A stretch of 62,965 nt of DNA, counting the filler, from Reticulomyxa filosa (Eukaryota; Protista; Foraminifera): assembly GCA_000512085.1 (NCBI GenBank). It is 24 parts of 24 records of this genome, joined end to end, with 100 filler letters (N's around TTAATTAATTAA, not from the genome) between each part and the next. Parts side by side here need not be neighbours in the genome. Positions count along the whole stretch, not along the records: positions 21,576 to 28,156 come from ASPP01001896.1; positions 28,257 to 31,975 come from ASPP01005794.1; positions 32,076 to 33,504 come from ASPP01022398.1; positions 33,605 to 35,937 come from ASPP01019331.1; positions 36,038 to 37,064 come from ASPP01025799.1; 19 more parts are not named here. One strand, written 5' to 3'. Within the stretch, counting starts at the first letter, position 1, and each line of letters opens with the position of its first letter. The notes beneath the pieces are model-generated. The model saw only the letters and a list, made by a program, of their open reading frames with translations, ran no database searches and was not told the origin of the DNA. The position numbers were made by a program, and so were the translations under genes. This document shows, piece after piece, positions 25,140 through 36,720 of the stretch.

Positions 25140-26430
25140 TTTGTTAGATAACTGTATCAATTTGCTACTTAGTTTGGGAAACTCTTTGTTCAAAGTTTCA
25201 TGGGTTTTTTCTAAGCTGTGGAACGATCTGTATCCTCCTTGATTTGTCTTGGAATTGCTGTCGACAGTATCTGTCAAAAATGGTTCCTTTTCTAAATCTT
25301 CGCAATATTTAATATTCAACAGAGAAGATGTGGCTACTCCCTAATCCGGTCCAATTTCTGTTGATTATTTTTTTGATTTGGATACAATTTTTGTTTGTCA
25401 GTATTTTGGACTTGTGTCTGTATATGTTTGTTTGGATTGTCTTGATTTTTACAGCATAGTTGTTATCTTTTTGATTTTGATTGTTGTTTTGATTCATTTT
25501 TCTATTCATGATTTCATTTTCACGCGTTGTAAATGAAATTATAATTTTTTGCATAACATTTTTAGTCTTTGAACAAATCAATGAATCACTTCTATGATTG
25601 CATTTACATAACACGCACTGATGTTTATTTGGTGATTTTTTGAACTTACATTGATTCATTCTTCAACAATACTTGTATATCGGTTTTTTATTGCAATAAT
25701 TTGTAATGTGATTTAAACCATAACATTTTCGACATTGTTTGAATGATTTCCTTGGACATTTGAAACGTTGAATTTCTTGGACATTATATTTATATTCTGC
25801 AAGCGATTCAATTATGTTTATATTTTAATGAAGACATAACGATTCATATTTGGATTGTTCATATCTTCAATCTTATTACTTTTTCTTCTTCTGGTATGAT
25901 TTTGGAAATATGCAGCATTTTGGTATTATAAATTGCACTTCATTGTCATCTTTAGAAAGATTTTGAACAAGTTCTTTGCTTTGCATGTCATTAAAGATTA
26001 TAAATTTCTTCTAGCTCTGAATTTTGAACACTTTTGGACAAATGAACATAAAGAGTTCTCCAACTTTCTGGTGTGTATGTGCTTTTATTTTTGGTCTGAT
26101 ATACTTTGAGTATATATTCATAAAACGAATTAAAGATGATGTATATATAATCATTCTTCCTTTGACAGGATTAATGACTAATGTTGGAAAATTATTGCGA
26201 AAATATTGTCGTATGATTTTTCTGCTTTTTTTCCAAACATTATCTTCATTTACTTCATCATTCTTTTTTTCTTCATTTAAATTACATTTTGTATCATTTT
26301 CTTTATATGCTCTTTCACATTCTTCATTATTTTCAACTATTTTTTCTAATTGATGCACTTTAAGTTCAATCTTTTGCATTTTACTATTATGTTGATATAC
26401 TTGATACGTGCCACCATTTTCGTCGTCATA
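25140..26430 (-). mobile_element. Degenerate non-LTR retrotransposon ORF1 (gag-like)
   Basis: Zinc knuckles CRKCYGLNHITNYC (CX2CX4HX4C), a broken second knuckle and CVLCKCNHRSDSLIC at about 25570-25735. Coiled-coil N-terminus; stops and frameshifts throughout. Confidence 0.75.
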
Positions 26431-27573
26431 TAATTTTTTCTTTTTATGTTCAGTGTTTTAGTTTCATACAATGACATCATAAACTGAGAATTATTTGATG
26501 TCATTATATCCACATAGTACTAAAACAAGTTCAGTATATATTTTAATTATTATATATTGTTCCGATGATGTCCTTGACTGTTCTAGTATAATTCCAGATA
26601 TATGCAGATATATATCGATATCGCTTATAGTGATATTTTCGCTATGGTTTGACGACAGCACTATGCTATGAAATGTTCCGGCCAGTTAAAGACTGATATG
26701 GAAATTTCTTTGCTTTTATACAACAAAAATCAAACTTTACTGCACATATATATATCGATAGAAGCTTGCTGGAGCCCATTATATCTACGTTTTTCAAAGA
26801 ATATCACAATGGTTAAGTTGAAAATTTTTTTTTTATATTGAACAACACCTGCAAGTCCGTTTGTATATTCTTAGAAAGCACATTGTTGATCGAGCTCAAG
26901 GAAAAATGTAGCAGACACAACTCACGCAATTCCAGTACGTTCCATCCGATCTACGAGTTGGGTCCGTTCAATAAGCTTTGTTCCGCAAATGATAAAAACT
27001 GTACACTCAAAAAAATGTTTCTGCCATTATTAATACAAAAACAAAACTATATACGTTCAAAACGAACGAGTTGGTAATTCTGGTTTTGCACAAAGTTTTG
27101 GCATAAATCTTTTTATTGTCAAAACAATACGGTAAAAAAAATAAATCCCTTTTTCCTTTTTGGGACAAAAACTAAATTTTTATTTTGTTTCAAATCCGAA
27201 TTATTTCATTCCAATAACAGTCTACAAGTTAGTTTTCAAATTCATACAAAAAGCTTCAATCGCTAGCAATTCTGATTAAATTATCACAGTTTATTAGTTT
27301 AAGTCATACGATCCAACATATTGAATCGTCCATATTAGAAATATATGGTATGATATTAGAATTGCATTAGAAAGAGTAAAAGAATCATTTAAAAATCGTC
27401 AGACAAACAATTTGTGCAAGTATTCATTCAAAGCAAAATCATCGCAAAAAAAATAAAAATAAAAATAAAGTGAAAAACCAAGATATAGATATGGATGCGC
27501 AGTAGTGGGGGAAAACAGTTACCTAGGCACATGTGTCCACACCCCAAAATGAAAAAAAAAAAAGTAAAGCTAT

Positions 27574-28156
27574 TTACAATTGTTTGTTTGATCGCATATT
27601 TTTAAGTCCATTTTGGTAATTCAAAACATCACTTGCAGAATTGATACGCCATAGAACACCAACATTTCCTCTAGAATCGCTTCGATTTGTCCCAAGTGGA
27701 AAATTGAAGGTTTTGTCCTGTTTTCCTTTTTCACTTTTGGAGGAACGTTGCAATTTCAAAAGTTGTTGTTCTTTCTTCTTTTGGCGTATCTTCATGCTAA
27801 GTGCACCAGCAAAGCGTCTCAATGTCTTTGGTGTTTCACTGCGACCATTTGCATTTGAATTTGGGTTTTTCTTTTCCAATTTGTGTTTTTTGGCACGTGT
27901 GCTTAATTGTAGTAGAGTATTTAAGAATTTATTACTCTGTTCATTTTGTCCGTATGTTATCACAGGTTTGAAGGTCTGTTGAGACCAGTTTGTATTCCAT
28001 TCCATTGTCAATACACTCAAGTCTCCAATGTTTGCCTCCGCACTTTCAGTTTTACTTTTCTTGCTTTCTGCTGCACGGTCATGTAGCATCAGCACAAGTT
28101 TCAATCCAAGGATTTTATCGCTCCACCAGTTTAGCATTGCAAAAGTCGGTCTGTCT
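27574..28156 (-). CDS. Basic hypothetical protein exon (5' partial)
   Basis: 187-aa K-rich ORF with no recognisable domain. Confidence 0.4.
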
Positions 28157-28256
28157 NNNNNNNNNNNNNNNNNNNNNNNNNNNNNNNNNNNNNNNNNNNN
28201 TTAATTAATTAANNNNNNNNNNNNNNNNNNNNNNNNNNNNNNNNNNNNNNNNNNNN

Positions 28257-29699
28257 TACTTGAATAATTGGATAATGAGGAAGATGTTTATAAATGTCAT
28301 GTAATAATACATCTGAGTCATTCATATTCAATAATATTGATGGTTTCCATTTGTCAAATATACATTCAAATAATATTAATTCATCTGTTCCGCAAATAAA
28401 ATGATTTATCATTAGTAATTTATGTCTTACATGCTGTATTCCTTGTTTCAGAGTTGTTGAATATGGATTCAATGACTCTTTATGTATTCTCTTATCTATG
28501 TCTTTCCAAATGACATGGAAAGAGCCGAACTCCTGTTTATTTGAAGTATAATTGTAACACTTTGACAATTTGACAATTTATAATTGATAATTGATAAAGA
28601 CATTTATATGTTTTTGCTTTCATTAACTGATAGACAATTTGATAAATCATCTCTATCTAAAGGATGTGATGTGCGGAAGTGCCAAGTATGATTGAGGATG
28701 AGACAAGCCCATTTGGCACGTGTTTGATGAATGTCAATGTCATTGTAATATTGAATGTGAACATTGAATTCCAATGATGATTTGTTTGGATTTCCAAGCT
28801 GTAATGATTTTATTTTTAATTTATTTTTGTCAAATAGCATTATCGTTCGATGTTCATAATCAAATACACTTTCATAATCTTTCCATTTTCCATTCGATAA
28901 TATACACACGCTTCCTTTAATCCAATGTCTTATTTTATATCTATTTAAAATGATTGGTTATATCATTTATATATTTATATCATTTGTTTTATTAAAACAT
29001 ACATAATTTGATGGGTAATCACTGCTTGATAGCATTTCCACAAATGTAATAATTGAATAGGATAATGTTGATAATACCAATTATTGTCATTTCCTTGTCG
29101 GAATCCATAATATTGCAAATGCACTTCCATACTTATGAATATTTGTTCAAAATCTGTACCTAATGTGTGGCATTTCGAAAATAATTTATTGTATAAAGCT
29201 TGTTTGTTAATTTGACGATATTTAATATGTTTAGGATATTTCAAAATATTCCATAAAATATGTAAATGCATATTTTTCAAAATCTTGAATTCATTTTCTT
29301 CCTTCAACCTATCATTTACAAATCTTTTTTTTTTATGTCTTATATATGTTGTGTCATTTAACTCATTCAAGTTGGAAGTTACACAAATATCATCTAATCT
29401 AACGAATGTATCCATATAAATTTGATTGTAGTTTCTCCATATTTAAATTTATTTTGTCAACTTTACTACCAAATCTTTCTAATAGCCTCATTAAATACAG
29501 TTGTTGTTGGGAATTTGTACTATAATTAATGTATATTTGAATAGCTTGTTGTCAAATATGTTTGTATTAGCTTTAACTTGTTCTCTACGATGGAACCCAG
29601 GACAATAGTTGTCTCCTCCAAGTCGCCCTTACACAAATTCCATGTTTTTGAGATAATTTCTTTTTCAATTGTATTGAATGATTCTTGAAGTTGTTCCAT
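28257..29699 (-). CDS. CUE-like x2, PUB-like, PH-like and ubiquitin-like multidomain gene (3' partial; frameshift near 29445, possibly pseudogene)
   Basis: Four exons: LQESFNTIEKEIISKTWNLCKGDLEETTIVL (CUE-like); ILWNILKYPKHIKYRQI..LQYYGF (PUB signature); GKWKDYESVFD..WHFRTSHPLDRDDLSNCL; FHVIWKD..LNPYSTTLKQGI..DVLLHDI..IIQV. Confidence 0.6.
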
Positions 29700-30256
29700 T
29701 TGAGACAGAGAAAGTGACCAAGGTTAAAAAAATTCTTTGCTTGAACTCTGTTGGTACAAAAAAAAAAAAAAGAGTGATATAGTTTTGGATTTTTTATTAC
29801 ATCTTTCCTAGCTGTTTCAAAAATTTAAATATTTTATTGATTTTTGAAAGTTTTTGGAAAAGTTGACAGTCGTGCCTATATTATAACCACAAAATTTGCT
29901 TTTTGCGTGATGAAATTGAATGTGCGAACCAAACTCACAAAAAAGAGGAATTAAAGCTTTTAAACACATGTCTCATGCTAATTTAAAAAATGTAATGCCC
30001 CTTCTATAACTGAACTTTTTTAGTTCAGTTTATTTTACTTATGTTTCCCGTTGAAATTATAAATAATATATATATTTCCTTCTATTACTTTTTTTGTCAA
30101 TAAAAAAAAATTGGAGCTACGTCGCCTTTGTTTCAAGAGGTTATACATACAGAGCTAAGAGGATTTGATTTTTAATATGAAAGCATGAATTAATATAACA
30201 AGGAATACTATGTATTTTCTCCGCAACAAAAAAAAACAACAAACAAACCAAAAAAA

Positions 30257-30880
30257 TCAAGTTGTAACACAAGTGCACCCATTTTCGGTTGGAGTGCGTA
30301 ATTGGAGTGTATCTAATGCCATATCTAAAATTTTGGAGGCATGGAGGGTGCCATCAATGTGAACGATCCTTTGTTTCAATTGTGCATTTTCAAATACATT
30401 GCTTTTGTATTGCAAATGACCCGGCCATAAATACTGTTCGAAGTAATCATGGGGGACGCGTTTTGTGGTCATTCTGCGCTGATAGCAAACCTCTTTGTTG
30501 ATATCGAGCCAAAACATAACATCCAACAAGTTGCAAATTCTGGAGTCAGTAAATGCTAAAAACCCTTCGATTATTACGTATTTCTTTCCACTTTTTTTAG
30601 CCTTTTGACTATCTATCATCTTTGATATTTGCTTCAAAAACTCCTCGGGCTTCAATGCTTCTGGAATCTCCCAATTCCCATCTAACTTGGCGTATATCTT
30701 TTCAACATCAAAGAACTTGTCTTGACATATGCACAAACAGTGCTCCTCTCCTATGTACGTCACCAAATTTCTTGCCAGCGTACCTTTGCCTGAACGCGTT
30801 GCTCCCGAGATCCCTATCACAATCACTGTCGATTTGCTAGATGATATGTCGACATTTTCTTTCGAATCACTCTTTGACAT
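30257..30880 (-). CDS. Nicotinamide riboside kinase-like P-loop kinase, intronless, ending CTCVTT
   Basis: VIGISGATRSGKGTLA, CQDKFF, WEIPEAL, IIEGFL, CYQRR and YFEQYLWP parallel NRK1-family motifs. Confidence 0.85.
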   Translation of the reverse strand: MSKSDSKENVDISSSKSTVIVIGISGATRSGKGTLARNLVTYIGEEHCLCICQDKFFDVEKIYAKLDGNWEIPEALKPEEFLKQISKMIDSQKAKKSGKKYVIIEGFLAFTDSRICNLLDVMFWLDINKEVCYQRRMTTKRVPHDYFEQYLWPGHLQYKSNVFENAQLKQRIVHIDGTLHASKILDMALDTLQLRTPTENGCTCVTT

Positions 30881-31485
30881 GTAAATATTTCACTATTTAA
30901 GTTTTTCTGAAGACCCTTTTTCTAGCCCATGCTTTGTCTTAATTGTTGATCCTTTTTTGTTTGCATTTTCACTTGTAAATTTCATAATTACATTTCTTTG
31001 ACTCAGAACATTTATAACATTTTATGAAAGTTATATAACTATAAAGAATGTCTGTTTTAATAGTATGTTGAACTGTATAATGGCCACTTGAGGGGACGAA
31101 GTAAATGCAATCTTGACACTTTATTTAAAAAAAAATGCAAATGTTAATTTTATGTTATTTTTAATTTCATCAATAAAAACGACATATACCTGTGCAAATA
31201 AGAGGTATCGTGTTTGTATGTCTGTGCGTGCACATTCATTATTAATATCAAAACATATGTGCCTACTGGATGTGCTGCGTCATAAGTAGTGTTTTACTTC
31301 AAAAAAGATATTTTACAAACAAATTAAAAATATGGCAAATTTGTGCGAATGTTGAATTTTTGTTAGTGTTAATTGTTACAAATGACAGTTCATTATTTGA
31401 TAAGAGAAGAAGAAGTTCAGCACCAATTTTTTTTTTTTTTAAAAAAAGGGGGGGGGGGAGAGAAAGAAGGGATCAAAAAGTTTTA

Positions 31486-31975
31486 TCAGGAATGAGTGGA
31501 TACGTCAACACGATGTGCAGTCATTTCCTGTGATTGCTTTAGGATGGGTTGGGTGTCATGTTGGGAATGACCGGGAGCGTCTTGAGCAGCAGCCTTCAGG
31601 ATCTTGCGTACCCTCCAAACCAAGACGCCATAGCTGACGACAGCAATAAAGCAGATGACAATGAACAAGGCCAGTTGTTTGGGATTGTCGACGCCCTGGT
31701 CGACGATGGTAGCCAGAGACCGAATCTGCGTGCCAAAGACACTAAACAAGATGCTGCCGGGAATGAATCCGATGGCATTGCCAATGGCACAGTCCTTCAG
31801 TTTCACCGAAGACAGCGAAAACATATAATTGAAAAGTCCGTTGCTTAGATACGGGAATCTTGCCAACATTACAATTTTGATTGGTTGCACCACCAACACT
31901 TTTTCGAGATACGAAATTTTCCCCATTTTTTCGCCGAACAGAAACTTGAACACGCTCTGACAACAGTGATGTCGC
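31486..31975 (-). CDS. VTT-domain (TVP38/TMEM64/DedA) membrane protein, C-terminus
   Basis: KIVMLARFPYLSNGLFNYMFSLSSVKLKD..IGNAIGFIPG..G is the VTT signature, followed by a TM helix. Confidence 0.85.
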
Positions 31976-32075
31976 NNNNNNNNNNNNNNNNNNNNNNNNN
32001 NNNNNNNNNNNNNNNNNNNTTAATTAATTAANNNNNNNNNNNNNNNNNNNNNNNNNNNNNNNNNNNNNNNNNNNN

Positions 32076-32940
32076 ATTTGTGGGATTATCAAATTGGCCC
32101 TTGGATGCGACCAAAATGAATCGTGTAGTAATGCATCGCATTCCAAATCCGACTTCAAAATAATTAGAAGACATTGGAAAAAAAGTACTTTTGTCATTGA
32201 AGAATACTCATCAGAAATAGCTGCTCAACTTGTACAATTTTTTCTTCAATTAAGAGATCATCTAGGTTCCAGTGCACAATTCCGTTGGAAAGAGAATCTT
32301 TTGAGAACAAGAAACTCTATTTTTATCATTTTTTATTCAAAACAACAAGGAGAATTTTTTGAAGGCATTATGCGCAACTTGGGAAGGATACAAAGAAAGG
32401 AGATTTCAAAAAGCCTTAAGAGCCGCGCTTGCACGTGTAAAAAGAATACCCAAAAATGAAATTTTGTTTTTTATGAATAAATATATGCCAATGAAATGTA
32501 TGGAATTAAATTTAAAAGATTTTAATTGTAAACATCGCATATTGATTTGCAAAACACCAAGTTCATGGTAAATGCTACTAGATCATAATGTATTGCAATA
32601 TACCAACACTGTCTTTATTTGAAAGCAAATTTGCAGCTGACACAACTACAATGACCAATTATGATTATTTACACAAGATCATTGATTGTATGGAAAAACA
32701 TTTAAATATGTAGTTATTGTTTCTAAAGATGACTTGAATGATCCAATGCAAAAAGCGTTTTTCAATCGATTTGAAAAACAATGGATTTCATATGATATGG
32801 CATTCTCTTTAGACATTGCCGAGAGAGAGCATCTACATTCGTAAAATACCTGTGCAAATACTTTGGGATTCATTCGAATGAATTGAAAGATTTATTTTAT
32901 GGATTCAATCAAGATAATATCCCTTGTGCCATTTCATATT
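32076..32940 (+). pseudogene. RNF213 (mysterin)-like AAA+ module pseudogene fragment
   Basis: FVGLSNWPLDATKMNR, EGIMRNLG, HRILICKT, LHKIIDCMEK, FKYVVIVSKDD..FFNRFEKQ and FYGFNQD are collinear with RNF213 motifs (FVGISNWALDPAKMNR..KICMETG..FRLIVI..INRLEKH). Contains stops, frameshifts and an internal deletion. Confidence 0.8.
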
Positions 32941-33604
32941 TATACACTTCAAAAATAATCAACCTTCAAAACAATGCAAATGGGACATCAATACTGAACT
33001 CCTCAAATTATTTTTTTAAAAATAAAAGGCAAAGTGGTCAGTGATGCAAATCCACAAAAAAATGCTCTGATGTTGGTGTGGACGAATGGATTGGAGCGAA
33101 AAATTTTTCAACAAAGATATGATGAATGCAAAAATGTGGACTCTCCTTGTCATAAACACTTCTTTCGGGTTTTTTGAAATTTAAAAGTTGTGTGACAATA
33201 ATTAAGGTTTTCATTAGTTTGGTTCAAAATTTTTTTTAAAATATAAGATAATCAAGTTATACTATACAATGATGATCCATTCCAAAAAACAATTATAATT
33301 TTTAATTATCTGTGGTTAAGTTGTTTTGAAATCACAATTGCACAAGCACAAATGAAATGTTTTTTAATTTTTATAAGTTGCACATTACGTCTTAATGAAG
33401 AGAAAAAGGGTTTTTCTTTTTTTTTTTCTTTGTCTATTCTTGTCCACTTCGCTAAATAAAAAAAAATGGTTTTTATCTTCGGATGCTGTGCATCCTTCAA
33501 CAAANNNNNNNNNNNNNNNNNNNNNNNNNNNNNNNNNNNNNNNNNNNNTTAATTAATTAANNNNNNNNNNNNNNNNNNNNNNNNNNNNNNNNNNNNNNNN
33601 NNNN

Positions 33605-34064
33605 TGATAATACCATTCGAATATGGGATATTGAAACAACAAAACAGTTCAATGTATTCAAAGGACATAAATCTTTTGTGAATAGTGTAAAATATGGATC
33701 AAATGAATTAATCAATACAATATTATCTGGATCAAGCGATAAAAGTGTTTGTTTGTGGGATATTCGGTCTGATCAACAAATTCAAGTATTCAATGGGCAT
33801 GAAAGTGTTGTATGGTGTGTTGAATATTCACCATTTGTAATAAAAAATGGTATTGGTAATTCAAATGTGATATGTTCTGGATCATATGATAATACAATTC
33901 GTTTTTGGGATATTCGATCAAATAAGAATCAATTGTATATGACCAAAGAAGATAATGGAATATATTGTCTCAAATTTATTTTATTGAAAAAGAAGGAGAA
34001 GACTAAATATGATTTGAATTTGTGTTATGGTTCAAGCAGAGGTCACGTTCGTATTTGGGGATAA
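33605..34064 (+). CDS. WD40-repeat protein C-terminus (expanded family)
   Basis: WD repeats ending DLNLCYGSSRGHVRIWG*. Confidence 0.92.
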
Positions 34065-34864
34065 TTTAGTTTTTGTCGAATAAGAAATGATGGTGTTTTT
34101 GTTTGAAAAGTTTGATTAAAGAAAAGTTAGTTGATGTTAAACTTGTTTAATCTGATTGAGCACACACTGAACGATATATTTTATCTTATTTTGTTGAAAA
34201 AACTGTGTTGAATGTTTTTTAAAGAATTGAAAAGCATAATAAATGAAAACTGCACTTTGAAAAGAATTAGATTGTATTTTTGTGACTATAAAACTTTATT
34301 CAAATGAAAAACCAAGGATTAATTGTAATATAGATACGTTTTTGTAAACATACAATACATAACGATTATAACAAAAGCGAAATTGCAGACAATAAAATAA
34401 AAACCATTGACGAATAAGATATTGCAACTCTTCTTAAAGGACAAAAGTAATCTTGCACATTTTATTAAGTATTAACAAAAAATTCAAATACAATAAGCGC
34501 ACATAATGTAACATCACTTGGATACTAGCAGATAAATTTGTACTCATTTTTGATTGTATTATAAAAATAACAAGCTTTTTGATAAATATCTCCACAAATG
34601 AAGAGTTCGTATTTGTGTAGCAAAGTTTGAAAGGTTTGGTTATTAGTATTGTTAATGTTGAGGAACTATGAAGTAGTTTAGATTTTTTAAAAAGGATTTT
34701 AGCTATCCAATTTATTGAAACAATGCCAAATTAAAGAAGATACTTTTTAAAAAAATTAGCCTTGTATCTTTCGTAATTTTTAACAAAATTTTGAAACCTT
34801 TTTTCTGATTATTTGAAATTTTTTAAAAAATGTCATCCTTTCTTTTTGTAAAAAAAAAGCAACA

Positions 34865-35937
34865 ATGATCAAATCAATGACGGCAATGATTTCACGCGTG
34901 TTTGGAACAAACTTATTCAAAGAAACAAGCGCAATACTATACATTCAAGATGGTCACTACATATGCCTAGAAAAAAAAAATACATATACATACACTTTAT
35001 TTAAAAAAAAAATAGCGGTGCATAGTAATAATAAGCGAAGGTGATGAAGGAAAAAGAACTACGTGGTGTCCAAAGAATTCAAATGAGCCACGTTTTTACC
35101 AAGAATTAGAAAAAGAAGATTAGGAAAAGCATTTGCAAGAATTCAAATCATTGACTGGAATAAGTGACTATAAAAATAATGAAAATGGTGAATATAATGC
35201 ATACAATGAATATAGTTTGGGGGACGAAAAGAAGCGAAAGGTCGTGGTCAAAAATGGTGAGTATTTAAAAAACATCTGGAAGAGTATGTACGATGAAGAC
35301 AGTCGTAAATGGTCATTGCAATTGAAAGTAGCTGATCAAAGAATAGAGGACACGTTAGAAGATGAAAAAACTGAAACGGTAGATAAGCAAGTATTTACAA
35401 TAATTTACAACAACAACAAAAACCCAACGTCCACAATCTATATTTATCGGTATACTTTGATAAAGTACTTATTTTGATCGTTTTTTTCAATACATATAAA
35501 ACAGATAGAAGACAATAAAGAATTAGAAGAAAAAAAGAACATTCGAAGATATTGGAAAAAAGAAGAAGAAAAAAATCAGTAATCGGAGAGATTAAAGCAG
35601 GAATAAATTTGCAAGGTTATTGTAAAAACAAAGAATGTTTAGCAGGCAAAACAAAGATTTCTGTATGTGAATTTGGTGAGATTTCATTGGATTCCAATAA
35701 CATATCTTATAGTTGTCCTGTTTGTAAGTAACTCACAGTGACATCCGTCATTAAAGCACTGTTCTTTAATTCAGAGCGCTCCATTTATGCAAATGATGAA
35801 TCATCATATGAAAATGACTACAATCATCAACGTAGTTATCCAATCCAATCAGGATTGAAATATACATTGAAAGAAAATAAAATTGGACAGCATGCAGAAA
35901 GTATTGAAGATTTAAGAGACAGAAGTGAAAAGGCAAT
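34865..35937 (+). pseudogene. Pseudogene with Cys4 zinc-ribbon-like domain
   Basis: GINLQGYCKNKECLAG..SYSCPVCK*LTVTSVIKALFFNSE, with in-frame stops at about 35121 and 35729. Confidence 0.55.
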
Positions 35938-36499
35938 NNNNNNNNNNNNNNNNNNNNNNNNNNNNNNNNNNNNNNNNNNNNTTAATTAATTAANNNNNNN
36001 NNNNNNNNNNNNNNNNNNNNNNNNNNNNNNNNNNNNNGTTTCATTTCAACAAAATTACCACTTCGTCGTCGATCATCAATTGTTTGAATATCTTCAACAA
36101 CCACTTTGCATATGCGACATTATATTATAGTGATCCCGTTTGGACAAAGAAATTGATCAATACACCAGTTTCATAAATTATCACTGCATAAAAATTCGAA
36201 ACACTAAAGAAAATTTTTTCCTTTTTTTTCAAGTCGTTTGATATCTTGCAATCTCTTGTAAATTTCAATACGTCTTTTCTTTGAAATAACAAATTATTCG
36301 TTACTTACTTGTTGAATCGTTTTATTTTTTGTGTGCTAAGACTAACAAGAAACACACTACAAGTGAGAATGAATTGAATAGTAGTGGGCCCAAATGGTGA
36401 AAAAGAAATCAATGGAAAATATATGAGCGGACTATGAACAAATGAATATGAAAATCAAATTGGATTGTATTGAAGAGTGAATATACGACAGTAGGGAAG

Positions 36500-36720
36500 G
36501 ATTGTCAAAAAAAAGTTATTGCATAATACTTTTTATATTACATTGAAGTGGACTTCAATTGATGAAAAGGTATTGAAAATATGATAGATACCGAATCAGA
36601 GCGCGATATTTGGGGCCAACACAATTGATATTGGTGTTATATGTTACTGATATCTGTTGTGTAATTACAATGGAATATGATATGGCAGATATTCAAATGC
36701 TCGCACATTTTTAAATATTA
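36500..36720 (+). mobile_element. Possible highly decayed reverse-transcriptase fragment
   Basis: IPNQSAI / LGPTQLILVLYVTDIC..MADI loosely resembles the LINE RT GVPQGSILGPxLFxLYxNDL..YADD region. Confidence 0.25.

Noticed and set aside
32161-35731. In-frame TAA/TAG suggesting a ciliate-like Gln reassignment
   Set aside because: These stops occur only in regions that also carry frameshifts or other decay. Intact genes have long stop-free frames and end in TAA, TAG or TGA.
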